From the human T2T-CHM13v2.0 reference genome, Homo sapiens, in NCBI RefSeq assembly GCF_009914755.1, contig NC_060938.1: a stretch of DNA of 64,000 nt; one strand, 5' to 3'. A model generated the notes under the pieces. It was not told where the DNA came from. It ran no database searches and saw nothing but the letters and a program-made list of their open reading frames with translations. Numbering within the stretch: the stretch's first letter is position 1; each line of letters opens with the position of its first letter. The translations under genes were made by a program, and so were the position numbers. Shown here one piece after another: positions 1-16,400 of this stretch.

Positions 1-129
1 TCCCTTGACTTCACAGAGATATCATTGTACTGTTTTTAGTTTATTAATTTTTAAAATTTTGAAATTTGGTTTATAAATTTTTTAGTTTTAGTTTATTAAA
101 CTAACAAATAGAACTTTTTTTCAAAGAGT

Positions 130-1480
<1,351 letters not shown>

Positions 1481-1484
1481 AAAA

Positions 1485-1981
1485 TGTGGCAGACACTGCC
1501 TGGCACTTTCACCTTAGGCGCTCCCCCTTCCTTTAACAGATCCAATTTTGGTTAAATGACAACATTTCAAAGAAGATGCGTCCCATTCACAGACTCAGGG
1601 GATGAATCTTAATTGGTCCAAGCCAATAAGGATAATACCATCCCCCTTTGCCAGGGATGAGTTTAGGGGGTGATATTTAAGAAATGTGCATGGGGCTTGC
1701 AGGGCAAAAAAAACATCCTCCATGATAAAAAGAAAAACACAGAGGCTACTTCACTCCCTTCCCTGCTTTTAGACGACATAATATCTGCTGATGTGATCAA
1801 GAGAGGCAGGGCAGGAAACTGAAGTCTGGGTCCTTGAAGGTGTTATGAAACACCCAAGCCAAGCCTGGAACATCCTTGTTCAGTGAGAACGTAACTCTCT
1901 TAACAGTCAATGTCCGTATTGTGTAAGTCACTTGTATCAGGACATTCTGCAACAGGCAGCTGAAAGCATCCTAACTGGTAC
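1485..1981 (+). mobile_element. ERVL-MaLR solo LTR (MLT1J/K-like)
   Basis: Starts tgtggcagac, ends gcagctgaaagcatcctaactggtac. Confidence 0.65.
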
Positions 1982-2662
1982 TTAAGATAAAAGGACAGAA
2001 AGGTGATGCAATGTCCATAAGTGGCCTCCAAAGGAGCAGCCCCCATAAAGTGGTGGTGGCTTGGAAAGAATGTGAGGGGAGGAAGTAGTGATGGTGACTT
2101 CAGACCACCCTTTCCAGCAATTTTGCTGTGAAAGGCCTAAAGGAATGAGGGGTGGCTGGCGGCAATGCGGGATCAAGGGGGATGACACGGAAGCCCATGT
2201 ATACGCTAGTAGGAATATTCAAGTAGAGAGGGAGAGATCAATTCCCCAGGAGAAGAGAGGATGCCCCAAAGAGCAAAGGAGTCCCCAGCATAAGCAGAAG
2301 GGACGGCCTTAGGTAGGAAAAGACGCCCTTCATCTAGAGAGGAATCAAGGTGGGACTGGTGGGTGCAGATGCAGGTAACCTAGAAGACTTGATCTGGGGA
2401 AATGAAGTTGTTTCGACCAATTGCTTCTTTTTTTTATCAATGATGTATGAGGTGTTCAAAATGTAAAATGTTTCTCAAGACCTATCTAAAAAAACTCCAT
2501 CCAATGTGAAGTCCTTCCTGAATCGCACACTCAAGTCCCTCCTTCACGCTTTCACAGAACTCTCTTCTGGAGTAGGTATTCTGTCTTGTGTCATAATTTG
2601 AGTTCCTTGTGCCACCAGAATGGACGCTCTTTAATGACAGGGACCATCTCATTAGCATCTCA

Positions 2663-2985
<323 letters not shown>

Positions 2986-3028
2986 TACTGAATTGAAGTA
3001 GAGTCTTATTGTAATGAAGTAAGAAAGA

Positions 3029-4005
<977 letters not shown>

Positions 4006-4300
4006 TACTTGATTCTGCCCTTTTCTGAGAAGGAAAATTATGGAAACAAAATAGTTTGATGAGACTGGAACATGCCTCATCAAGCTTCACCCTCTCTTTT
4101 CATGCTGCATGGATCACTCACCAGCACCAGGGTTTGTTCTGAAGATATCTTGGGGAGAAAACTGCCAATCAGCTGTGGATTGTGTCTCCTGAGAGCCATT
4201 AGCCTGCCTGAGAGGTTGAGCATCCCCTCACTCCCACCATCAAAGCTAACTGATTGGGGCAAAAGGCAGAAAGGCAAGAAAAGAGGGAAGCTTTACCATA

Positions 4301-4774
4301 TGTCTTCATTTGGGTTTCCCCAGAAGCTGATCCTACAATTACGATTTGAGCACAAGTGGTTTGTTTGGGAAGTGAAGAAATCGCCAGTAGGGAATTAGAG
4401 AAAAGAGAAAGGGCTGGGAAGGCAGCCAAGAAAACCAATAAAAGGTGAAGTTTCTAACTAGCTACTGCTGTCGCCCAGTGGAATTTTTCCTACAGAGGAA
4501 ACTGGGACCCCATGTAAACCATATTCCTGAGTTACCCTACCCAAGGCTGAGGGAATTGGGGTGTTTACGCACCATCTTCCATCAGTTATTGGTTGAGGGC
4601 TCCTCCTGGGGTCCACTAATTCCCCAACACTTCCTGCCTTCCATGGGAGCAGCAAAGTAGGCTCAGTCAAGAAAAAGGCAAAAAAAATGCCAAGTTGGCA
4701 GTCAGAAGTGAGCCAGCATGAGCTGAAGTGGTGCGAGCAGGAGGATAGGGACAGGCACTGGAACATCTGCTACA
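4301..4774 (-). mobile_element. ERVL solo LTR (LTR33/LTR16-like)
   Basis: Starts tgtcttcatttgggtttccccagaagc...gatttgagcacaagtggtttgtttgggaag; ends catctgctaca. Confidence 0.6.
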
Positions 4775-5914
4775 TCAGACTGGGCTGCTGCTGAAAGTCT
4801 TACATAAACCCAGAGCAGGAATGGGGCCACTTCCATGAAATCCATGGTAGACGAAATTCCTATACAACAAGCACATAACCACTACCGGAGGCCTAAATTG
4901 TTCATGTACTTTCAGCTAATTATCTGATTCAGGGGCCAATTTCCACTAGTTTTAAGTCAAAGTAAGGTTTCATGGTGTTTATATAGGTTATTTTCCTCCT
5001 TCTTTGGTAGAAGCAAGATGGAAATCTCATTTGCATTTTAATGATAAAATGGGACCTTTTCCCTAGAATAGCATGTGAGAGAACAGAGCAGGACAAAAGT
5101 AATTTTGGGGAAATGTGGGGGAAGATTTGTACTTCATAGGATGTGCTCTGTCATCATGATAGCTCATTCCCTGATGATCAAGTGAAGACACACATCCCTG
5201 CCCAAGAGCCTGCTGGTACCACGCCTTTTCCTTCCATGAATACCTGTCCCCATCATCCCCACTGCTATCACAGCAACTGAGGAAGGGATACACCATCTCA
5301 TGTCTCCAGAAAAGCACTGGGGCTGGGGGAGGGGGCATGGGGCAGGAGGGGAGCCAACTAAGACACCATAGTGTTTCATTACAATCTATTATTGAAGACA
5401 ACACAAGAAGGATGACATTTCCTCCATCATATTGAGTGACTGGTTGCTGGGTTTCCAACCCAGAAAGTATATCTCTCCTATCACTTTCATTTCTGTAACT
5501 TTCCAAGTTCATATCATAACCCTTAGGAAATGGACAAAAGAATTAGACTGGTCAACACTATGTGAGTATACAGACATGAAACCATATCCCCCTCAAGGTA
5601 GATGGAAAATATCAGAGTTCTTGCAACCACAGCAATTCCTCAGGATGTCCACACCCAGTGGGACACACCCATCTCTATAGAAATGGTGTTCAGCATGATG
5701 CAGAGGTCCAACCAGAGACCAGTGAGTGGATGAGAAGGCCAAGGTCTTGCCTTGGAGCCAAGATGGACCTGAGCACAAATCCCAGCTCAAGCGCTTTCAA
5801 GATGGGTGGCCATGAGCAAATTACATACACACTCTCAGCCTCAGTTTCCTCATCTTCCAAATGGACTAATACAACTGTCTCAGATGACTGTCTTCATTCT
5901 TCATTCAAAATAGG

Positions 5915-5969
5915 TATGGATGCCACATGAGTGAACCTTGAAAGCATTATGTTACGTGAAAGAAGCTGA

Positions 5970-6004
<35 letters not shown>

Positions 6005-6290
6005 TATCTACCTGTTGTATGATGCCATTTACATGAAATGCCCAAAATAGGCAACTCCATAGAGACAGAAAGTAAATTCATGCTTGCCAGGGACTGGGAG
6101 AGATAAAATGGGGAGTGACTGCTAATGGATATGGAGTTTCTTTTTGGAGTCATGAAAATTTTCTACAATTAGATAGTGATGATGATTGCACAACTCTGTG
6201 AATATACTAAAAACCACTGAATTGTACATTTTAAATAGGTAATTTTATGGTATGTAAATTATATCTTAATAAAGCTCTTATTTTTTAAAA
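5915..6290 (+). mobile_element. L1 3' end (L1MB-like) containing (CA)16 at 5971-6002
   Basis: ccatagagacagaaagta...gccagggactggg...ctgtgaatatactaaaaaccactgaattgtac...aataaa. Confidence 0.85.
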
Positions 6291-7907
6291 ATAGATATGG
6301 AGTCCTTGTTACATGAAGATCCTTTGGAAGTCATGAGCATCTAAGTCGGTGAGCTAAACATTAGGATATTAACCAGAAGAACAAGCAAGTGACTCAGGCT
6401 ACTGTGAAGAATAAATTACATATTATATGTTAAGCACTGAGTACTGTGCCTGAGCCACTGAAGACCCTCAGCAAATGGGTGTTACCAGCAGCAGCATCAT
6501 TGATGTTTATTAGGTGCCTCCTGTGTGCCAGGCACTGTGCTCTGCTCTTCGTGTGCATGGTCTCATTTAAGAGGTCTCATTTAACCATACCTACTCCCTA
6601 GGGAGCAGGTACTTTTATCATTTCCGGTTCTCAAGTTGGGAAGCAGACACAGAGAGGTAAGTTAGTGCCTAAGTTCGGCAGCTTGGGAGTGGCAGAGCTG
6701 GTGGGGCACACCTGAGCTCTTGCTCATCTTCTCATCAAACACTTCATCTCCACCTGCAGCCGTGGGAGTATGGCCACTGTTAATAATCATCAGCACCCCC
6801 AGTCAAGGTTCCCTCGATCACTAGGACGAGCTTAAAACAGAGCAGAAACCTCTGATAGATACTGGAAGGATGGCTCCTACAGGTCTCTTCCAGCCACTCA
6901 GCTGAGAGTCCTGGCAATGGAAGTGCGGCCTCAAACTCCAGGTAAGACTCTCACTACCCCTGGATTCTTAATGGACACCCCAGTCAGTCCAACCATCTGC
7001 TGCTTCCTTAAGCCCTTGTGACCCAGACTGGCATCCGTGGTTCTCTGTTGGCCTCATTCTGCCCCAGCAGCCCAGAGAAGGCCAAGAGACTGCAAGGCAT
7101 ATAACAGACAAAAGTCCTAATTTCCTCCTACTCAAAAGACATGTAAGTTTAGACACTTTGGAAATCACGTGTAGCAAAAAGTTACTATCTGCTAGAGTGT
7201 ATGTGTGTGCACGCGTGCACACGCATCCCGGCACAGGCACACTTGTGTGCACTCATGCAACGTGTACTCAAGTACCTCACATTTCAGCATCTTGCAATTC
7301 CTTGGAGATTAATTTACATGCCATCATCATGGGAGAGACACAAACTCCAGTCTCGTCCCAGTATACATGCACAAGCCACAGAGTCCTAATTAACACAGAT
7401 TCTTCAAAATATCTAATTACAAACTAGGCAGCTCTGAGGCCTTCTTTGAAATCACTGAATTTTCTAACAGAATGTCACCACCTTTGACAGCATCAGCACC
7501 CATTCCATATTAAATTCCCATATTAAGCATTTTTGCCAAGCAATGGAATATCAGAATGGCCTCATTTTCATCCTTATTAATGTATTTTTGGAACCTCTTT
7601 ACTTGTCAAATGCGTGCCTGAAACAGATTTCTAAAATGCAGAAGTTGACCTGAGTGTGAGAGATGCTAAGCCTTGGCTAAACGGTTAGTTTCAGGAGGGC
7701 AGAGACTTCGTCTTGTTTATTGCTGTACCTCCAGGGCCTACAACAGTGCCTGTCACGAAGAAGACTCCGGGCAAATATTCACTGAAGAAATGGATAGATG
7801 TCTTCTTCAAGAGGCTGAATATACACTCACATTTGTACTTGCTGCAGACATAGAGAATTTAATCTGAAATCTCAGAACCGATATGCTCCAGACTCTAGTA
7901 GAGCCTA

Positions 7908-8281
<374 letters not shown>

Positions 8282-8800
8282 AGGCCCCAACACCCGTTGG
8301 CATTGCCATAAGCATCACTGTTGAATAATGAAGGTTAGCATTACGGGTTCATAGATATGCTTTGTCCTCTTTTTGCTGTCTGGGCAAGCACAAGTCACTT
8401 CACCAATCTAGATTCAGTATTGCCCTAAGAAGCCTCAATGGACTTGGATATCTTAAAAGTTCCTTCCACTTTATAAAGTGAGTTTAACATGAGCAGAGCA
8501 ACCTCTGAACAACATTTGCACAAATGAAAAGTTGCTTTCAGTGACCTTCCTGGCACTCCTTCCCTCCAGAGCTCTCAGTCTGCTCCCTACACAGCACCTG
8601 ACTTCCCCCCTTCCCACTTGACACCAGCCTATCAATACATATCAGTCCCTAGTTCTGTTCTCTCTTGGTCCAGTTCTCTCATAGGAACTATTAATTTGGC
8701 TGTACCCACGGGTAATTGGAAATTAGTTTGTTACCCTGAGGAACTACATTCGCATGTTAACAAGATGTGTTCTGGAGCTGACGTTTTAATCCATATCTCT

Positions 8801-9220
8801 CATATACCATATCATATGGTATATGATATACCATATCATATGGTATATGATATACCATATCATATGGTATATGATATACCATATCATATGGTATATCATA
8901 TACCATATCATATGGTATATCATATACCATATCATATGGTATATCATATACCATATCATATGGTATATGATATACCATATCATATGGTATATCATATACC
9001 ATATCATATGGTATATCATATACCATATCATATGGTATATCATATACCATATCATATGGTATATCATATACCATATCATATGGTATATCATATACCATAT
9101 CATATGGTATATCATATACCATATCATATGGTATATCATATACCATATCATATGGTATATCATATACCATATCATATGGTATATCATATACCATATCATA
9201 TGGTATATCATATACCATAT
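8801..9220. repeat. 24-bp palindromic minisatellite (C/G)ATATACCATATCATATGGTATAT x17.5
   Basis: Directly visible; units identical apart from C>G at 8825, 8849, 8873 and 8969. Confidence 0.98.
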
Positions 9221-12014
9221 AAATGATATGCATTTATCATGGTATATCATAATTACTTGATGATGCACCTGTCTCAGTGGCTAGGCTGTGACTTCTCTGG
9301 GTACACGCCTCAGGTCTTTTTCATCTTTCTGTGTCCAATGCCTAGCCCCATTTCTGCAGGCACTCACTCGCTAAGTGTTTATGGAATAACCAGATGGATG
9401 AGTGACAACAGCCAATGAATAAAGTAACTGTTAAGATTGTAGGCATCCTGATAGTCATGGGAAGGAGTGGTGTGTGTCAGCTGTGGAGAGGGACTTTATA
9501 GGGCTCCTCAAATCCCACCCCCTGTGGCTGTCTGCTCTGCCTGTCTTTAGTACTGAGGCTGAATGCAGAGATTATTGCCTGAGCAGCAGGCATTCACGCT
9601 CCTATAGAAACTGCGTTCTCACCCTGCCAGAGAAAGGGATCGGCACATCAGAAGCTTTCATTAATTCAGGCTTTTGGGAGGCCTTCCAAGCTGAGGCCAC
9701 AAGAACACAACTAGCAGGGGGTCCCATTAGAGTCAAAGGAGAAATACCCCAATGTTACAATACCTCTGGACACACCAGGAACAAAGTGACGGCGGGTATG
9801 GAGGGGGCAATTTTATCAGGAGCATTATGCTGAACTGAGAGCCACATGCTTCCAAAAGGCGTCTGAAGTATAACAGAATATGAGCGAGCGCACCACAGTT
9901 TTGCATGTATTGATTCATCGACTCTAGATATGCAAATTATCACAGAATCAAGGGTCATGTAACAAAGCCAGGGAAAATATCATTTTAATGAACAGAAATT
10001 GAAAATGCAATCGCCATTGCTTTAAGATACACCTCCCATTTGCAACCAGAAGTTTGGAATTGGTTGTCATAATTCAAAGATGTCAAGAAAAGCTTCTTTC
10101 TGTTAAAATATTTTAACAGCTTTTATGTAGGATTCCTACAAGAATACACAGATACCCCAGGTAAGGCCAGCACTATGCCTGTCACACAGTAAGTATCCTC
10201 TGCAAACATTCGCTGAACCCATCATTTGATTTATTAGCGATTTAAATAATCTTTTAAAAATCTGATTGTGTCATCCTCCCACTTCAAATCAATCAAGACA
10301 TTCCTGTTATTCTCAGAAAAAAAAGAGTTCCTTAGTAAGTAAGACCTACTATGCCCTACATGACCTGAGCATCACCCACCTCTCCCCACCCTCATGCGCC
10401 ATGCCACACCTCACTTTCCAACCAGTAGCAAAACCCACATCTCCAAACAAGAGACCACGGCTCTCTTTCCTGTGCCTCATTGCCTTTCTCTGTTCATTTA
10501 AAACACATCTAAAAAAATCTCATGATCTATACCAGACTGTGAGTGCAGGAGTGTTACTGGAAACTTTGAGTGCCATGAGCCACCGTTGTTATGCCCAGCT
10601 GTAAATAAGTCTAGAGTATGTATACTACAGGACTTAGGACCAATTTTCACAGTAAAAATGGAGAAGCGGAAGAAATTAGGTGCATGAGGCTTAGTCTGGA
10701 TCATAATGAATCCTTGTGGATCTCAGAACTGAAAAAGGGGCCACAGGAAGTGTTGAGTTAGTAGGAAGTTAAAATCACCAGTGTAGAAACCACCCTGAAA
10801 GTCAGTCCCTTGTCAGGGTGGTTGGGGGCAGGGATGGGGGAATTTCTGGATGAAAGAATAGAGGGGAAAACAACAGAACCAGAAGGGGGGCACAGTGGCG
10901 TCTTGGCATCCTGAGACTTTTTCCACTCTTGGTTACTATGGTTACAGATGCCATCAGTGCTGGCTCCTGAATGTGACTGGGGCCCCAGGCAGCTCCATTC
11001 AACACACTCTCACCCTGTCCCAGACCCTGTCTTTGCCATTTTGTGCAGTAAGTGACATATTCAACAATGTCCAGCTCCTGATCATTCTCAAGTCCACGGT
11101 GCTACTCAAAAGAAACCATATTCACTCGCCTCTGCCCAGAACACAGAAGCTCCAAAACTTCCTTCAGAATACAAAACTGCCTCAGGAATAAGCCAGGCAT
11201 GTAATGTTTGGAAACATGGGAACCTCTAAGTCATTGGATGCATCCTGCTTCCTGGAAATCATTTTCTCAAGACTGTACAGAAAAAGCAACAAGATTGTAA
11301 AAAAAATGTTTACTCAAAATATGACAAGGAGTGCTAACGGTCCTCCCTCCATCAGCAGCTTCTCACTGTGTGTTTGCCGTCACCCCCAGGCACACGGTCC
11401 CTGCCATCCTGGCTGGATGCCGACTTGCGTTTCAGTCACCATACAGACACATGGCCTGCAGGCACTGCAGGAACACACCAGACACACACCAGACACCCCA
11501 TTCCCCAGCATTTCTACTGCTCGGCCTGGAGGCCATCCTGTTTTTTCTGGCTTTACCCAAGAAAGTTAAGTTGTCAGTCACTGAATCTGTAAAAGAAGGG
11601 ACATTGCAAAGAAAGGGACTCTGTAAGAGAAGTGGGACCATGAGTTATCACACCCCACCTCTAGTTTCACAGTCAGAAAAAATAGGGTGGATTATGGGGT
11701 CTTTTTTTTAAATTAATGTTTACAGATTTACACATAGATGGTGCCCACACAAGACAGGCAAAATAGACACTTCCAGTATTTGAATAATACAAAAAGTTTG
11801 GACTGATAGGTATGCTGGGATCTATTATGAGACCATATGTTCATATTATACATAAATCATCATCATGCTCACTGTCTTTCTAGAATAATGTTTCAAGCCG
11901 TTGGTAAATGAAAGGGTAAAAATGGAGTTAAATGAATCATCATTCTGTGGTTAAGTAGAAAATGCAGGCTTAAACAAAATTAAACAGACTTCTGAACTAC
12001 AGGATTATCAGAGA

Positions 12015-12252
12015 GAGGCATATGAGGCAGAGGTAAGAGTTCAGGCTTTAAATCAGACAGACTCGGGTTCAAGTCGTAGCATGACTAGGTAACTTTGGGC
12101 AAGTTACTTAAGCTCTATAGGCCTCAGCCTCCTCATTCAGAAAGCAGAGATAATAATTTCACCTATTTCTTTGGATTATGAATAGGATTATATGAGATAA
12201 TAACTACAAAGCATTTAGCCTAGCACGTGGTGCCTATTCAATAAATGATAGG
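12015..12252 (+). mobile_element. MIR SINE
   Basis: gggttcaagtc...ttgggcaagttacttaagctct...gcctcagcctcctcat...aaagcatttagc. Confidence 0.85.
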
Positions 12253-12261
12253 AAAAAATTC

Positions 12262-12815
12262 TTACGGTGATTTTTCAATATGTCTTCAAATTCTTTGACA
12301 TGTCTCCCTTCCAACGTGAATGTGATCACCCCCACCACTCCCCAGATGTGGACTAACTTTAGTGACTGGCGTCTAATGAAAAGAACGTGGTGGTGGTAAC
12401 AATATGTGATTTTTGAAGTTAAGTCATAAAAAGTGTTGCCAATTCCACCTTGTTCTCTCTTGAATCACTTGTTCTTGGGGAAGCCAGCCACCATGTCACA
12501 TATGAGTACACATAAGCATCCCATGGACAGGCCCACATTGGCAGGAAATGAGCCCTCTCCCCAACAACCAGCAGCAATTTGCAAGCCACATGAGCACACC
12601 ATCTTGGAAACAGATCCTCCTGCCCCAGTCAAGCCATCAGATGACAGCAGCCCGGACAACATCTGACCACAATCAATGACAGACTCCTAGTCAGACCACC
12701 CAATTAAACTATCCCTGAATTATTGATCCACAGAACTTATGAGATAATAAATGTTTATATTGATTTAAGCCACTAAATGTTGGGGTTATTTGTTACACAA
12801 TAATACGGTAACATG
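12262..12815 (+). mobile_element. ERVL-MaLR solo LTR (MLT1F-like)
   Basis: ccccagtcaagccatcagatgacagcagccc; tttaagccactaaatgttggggttatttgttac. Confidence 0.8.
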
Positions 12816-13104
12816 CTAACATGCATGATGACTCTCTAGGAATGACTGAGCACGTATCATCCTGCAAACTGACTTTACCATGACACCACTTTTCTTCTCA
12901 GAGTATCTGATGAGTCTAGCTTATGTCTCACAGAACACATTTTGGGAAATGTTGGTCTGGAATTTAACAGTTTATGAAGTTTATTCACATTTGTCTCATT
13001 TGATCATCTCAGCAACTGTGAAGTGGTTGTTATTGTGATCTTTATTTTACCCAAAAGAAAACTAAGGCTAGGAAAGGTTAGGTGACTTGGCCAAGTTCAC
13101 ACAG

Positions 13105-13468
13105 TGTTATGGTCTGAATGTGTCCCCCCAGAATTCATATGTTGAAATCCTAACCCCAAAGGTAATGTTATTAGGAGATGGGGCCTTTGGAAGGTAATTA
13201 GGTCATGGGCATGGAGGCTTCATGATTAGGATTCGTGCAGTTATCAAAGAAGCCCAAGAAAGACCCATCACTTTTTCTACCGTGTAAGGACACAGCAAGA
13301 AGGAACCATCTATGAGCTGAAAAGTGGGCCCTCACCAGATGCCAAATCTACCAGTGCCTTGATCTTGGACCTCCCAGCCTCCAGAACAGTGAGAAATAAA
13401 TTTCTGTTGTCTATAATCTATCTAGTTTATGGAATTTTATTAAAGCAGCCGAAATCAACTATGATACA
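13105..13468 (+). mobile_element. ERVL-MaLR solo LTR (MLT1A-like) inserted in a MIR
   Basis: TG...CA ends; ccttgatcttggacctcccagcctccagaac...aataaatttctgttg. Confidence 0.85.
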
Positions 13469-16400
13469 CTGCTAATAAAATGGGTACATTAACTCAGACT
13501 CAAATATTGTGATTCCAAGCCATGTTCTTTCACTGGTCTTTTCTCTGAGTTAACCAGGACAGCCTAGGTTGTTTACATCTGAACTAAGAATACTAAGAGT
13601 CTTCCAGAGTATCAGGAGGGTTGTGCTCTGCTATGGACCACTTCCTGGATGATCCAGACAGTGAACCAGATGCTTCCAAGAGGCTGAGCTGGAGGCTACC
13701 CTGACTTCACAGGCTGCCTCCTGCAACTGTGAGAACAGCACAAGGCAGGTACCACTCATGGAGCCTTCATGATGATCCGGCATTCTTCTAAGAGCTTTGC
13801 ATGTATCACTTTATGTAATCCACATAACAAACCAAAGAAGTAATGGCTGTAATTATCCCTATCTTGCAGATGAAGATACCAAGTCACAGAAAAATGAAGC
13901 AATGTTCCCAAATCAGCCTCTAGTAAATCATGCTTGGATTAGGACTCAGGCAATCTAAGACTATCAGGGAAGGAAGGGATCTCAACAACCAACAACTCAA
14001 CTCCCTCCTTTTCTAAATGAGTGGCAGCGCCAGCCCTAGAAACCAGGTCTCCTATCCTAAGCTCCTATACTGTACAGAGGGTGACATTTTGCCTGGAGTC
14101 TAGGTTAAATGACTATAACATGTATTTAATCTCCTTTCAGGTTATTGTAAGAATGTAGAGGCCGAAACAGATCTATCATAATCACCTCCCATATGGCCTC
14201 AAATTCCACCATGAGGGATAAATTCCTTTGGCCTAAAGCAACATTCTTAGCCAGTAGAATCCAGGAGCTGGCCCAGGTTAGTCCACAGTTAACATGGGTA
14301 ACAACACTCCCCAGTTCTCAGAGGAAAATATAAATTAATAAATAGACTTTATTCATCTCTAAGCTTTTCCTCCCATTAATTTTTCTTAAACACTTGGTGC
14401 CTGACTTTTGTCTCAGAGGACGAAGTAAGTGAATGTTGGATGTCAAACCTTTTATCACACCTAATATCAAGCATCTCTATTCTGCCTATCAGGCTCATAT
14501 CACATTAAATTTAGTAAGCTATACTATTTATCTTTATCATGCTAAATATTTGGTGTGTGATTATTTAGGGGATCTCGAGTTCTGCTTGCACATAAGAAAC
14601 TCATTTTCTTGGTAGTAAAATTGTTGCTAGCTTGCATGTCAAAATTATGAATATTGGTGTTTTAGGCGTCTGCAAAGGTTACCGTGACTTCCAGGCTCTC
14701 CATCACCCGACCAAATTTTCATTTTCTATTCAAGCAACTCTTTTTAAACTGTAAATACCACCAGCCCCACCACACTGGGTAGTTGAGTAAGGGAGAAAGG
14801 ACCCTTTGCACAAGCGAGAGCAATTGAGATCAAGACTCTGCAGGATTTGGGGGGATGGCGGTGGGGAGGGAACAAGGGAATGAAGAAAAGAAGGACGGGA
14901 GGAATGAAGGAAAAGTTCCCGGTGATCACCTGGCTTATGTATGGCAGTAAATCCTATGTTTTCCTTTCTAATCTTGTTCCCCCACCATTCCACTCTGCTT
15001 CAAAGTTACTTCCATGGAAAGGGTAAGTGATGAGACTAGAAGTTATTGGTAATACAAAACCTAAAATCTCCTGAAATCCCATCCATCTCCCAGCCTCATC
15101 CCCACTACCTCCAATGCCCACCCCTCCCCATCTCCCTGGCTCTGGGAATGGCAAAGGAAAAGAATGCAATGCTCCCTCATGACCGTGCCCTCCCCTGCCA
15201 GTGATTATGACCCTTACTCCCTCCCTTCAACCCTAAATGGAGGATTAGGAAGTCAGGTTTCATTTTCAATTCAGAGTACTCAGTCCTAGACACTCACAGG
15301 GAGAAAAAAAAAACTCTTAAACTGTGGCTGCAAATGACAAATAGATGTTCTAGCAAGTAAATATGAGGTCTTTATTTCCCCATTGTAGGTGATGGTAATG
15401 AGCCAGACATAGATAAACTGTAAAGTCTCCGCTGAGAGTACCCCTAGGACCAGACCCCAGAAGTGGAAGGTCCCTTTGACCTCCATGATTCTTATGGAGA
15501 GAAATCACCCAGGTGGGTGGAACCAACAGGGTGACCACACTCCTAGTGCCACGGTTAGGTAGATTCTGTAAACATGCCATGTAGAGCTAAGCCCCTAACT
15601 CACTCTAACCTCATCTGGATCATCCAGTAGGTGCCCTTTATAAGAATCAGAGTACAGAAAAAGATTGTCATTTTTATCCACCTTTCTGCATCAGCCAAGG
15701 GAGCTGTCCAAACTGAAACTTCCTAACTGGCTATCAGTAGAATGGCTTCTTTCCATTTTATCATTAAACTCTTCCTCTAATTTCCTGTAGACTAAAAGTC
15801 AAAAGGAAATCACTAGCTCACTGTGCCTATATTAAATATACTTCACACCATATCTCAGTTGTGGTTGAAGTTTCCTAATGAGGGGAAAGACTATATTATA
15901 TTTTTTAAATGCATCAGATTTAAGGTGGGGTTCATATGGAGCCAAAGTACAGATGTTTTGGAAATGGTGTGGAACAGCAAAGTCAACCTGCTCAGTCTTA
16001 ATTCAACCCAGTGATCACTGGGATTAGCAAAAAGGATGGTGAAGCTCCTTAGACACTGCTGGAAAAGAAGCCTGAACCAAATCTTGGCCAAGACAGTCTT
16101 TGGAACACTGTTCCTTGGTACTTTTGAGGATAATTGTGGTGATTTTGGCACATTTTAAATCCCATTTGGAACACTGATCTCCTGAAAATTGGATATTAAA
16201 TCAAAAATAGATTATTTTCTTTCCAGGAAATCTAAGCTCCACAAATGTGTGTTTGGAAACACGTTAATAAAGCTAGCACTTAAGCAACCTAGCAAGTTGA
16301 AAATGGCCCCCATTCACAAAAGACCAAAATCTTCTTTTAGCCAGTACAGCAGAAGGAAGATCTAAGGGTCTTCACCTGAGCTCATAGAATGAAAGTGTAG

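Noticed and set aside
8801-9220. CRISPR-like palindromic repeat array
   Set aside because: No unique spacers, no cas genes, primate genomic context; it is a tandem minisatellite.
8618-9268. Four overlapping 145-202 aa ORFs (IPYHMVYH repeats)
   Set aside because: Artefact of a stop-free 24-bp tandem unit read on both strands.
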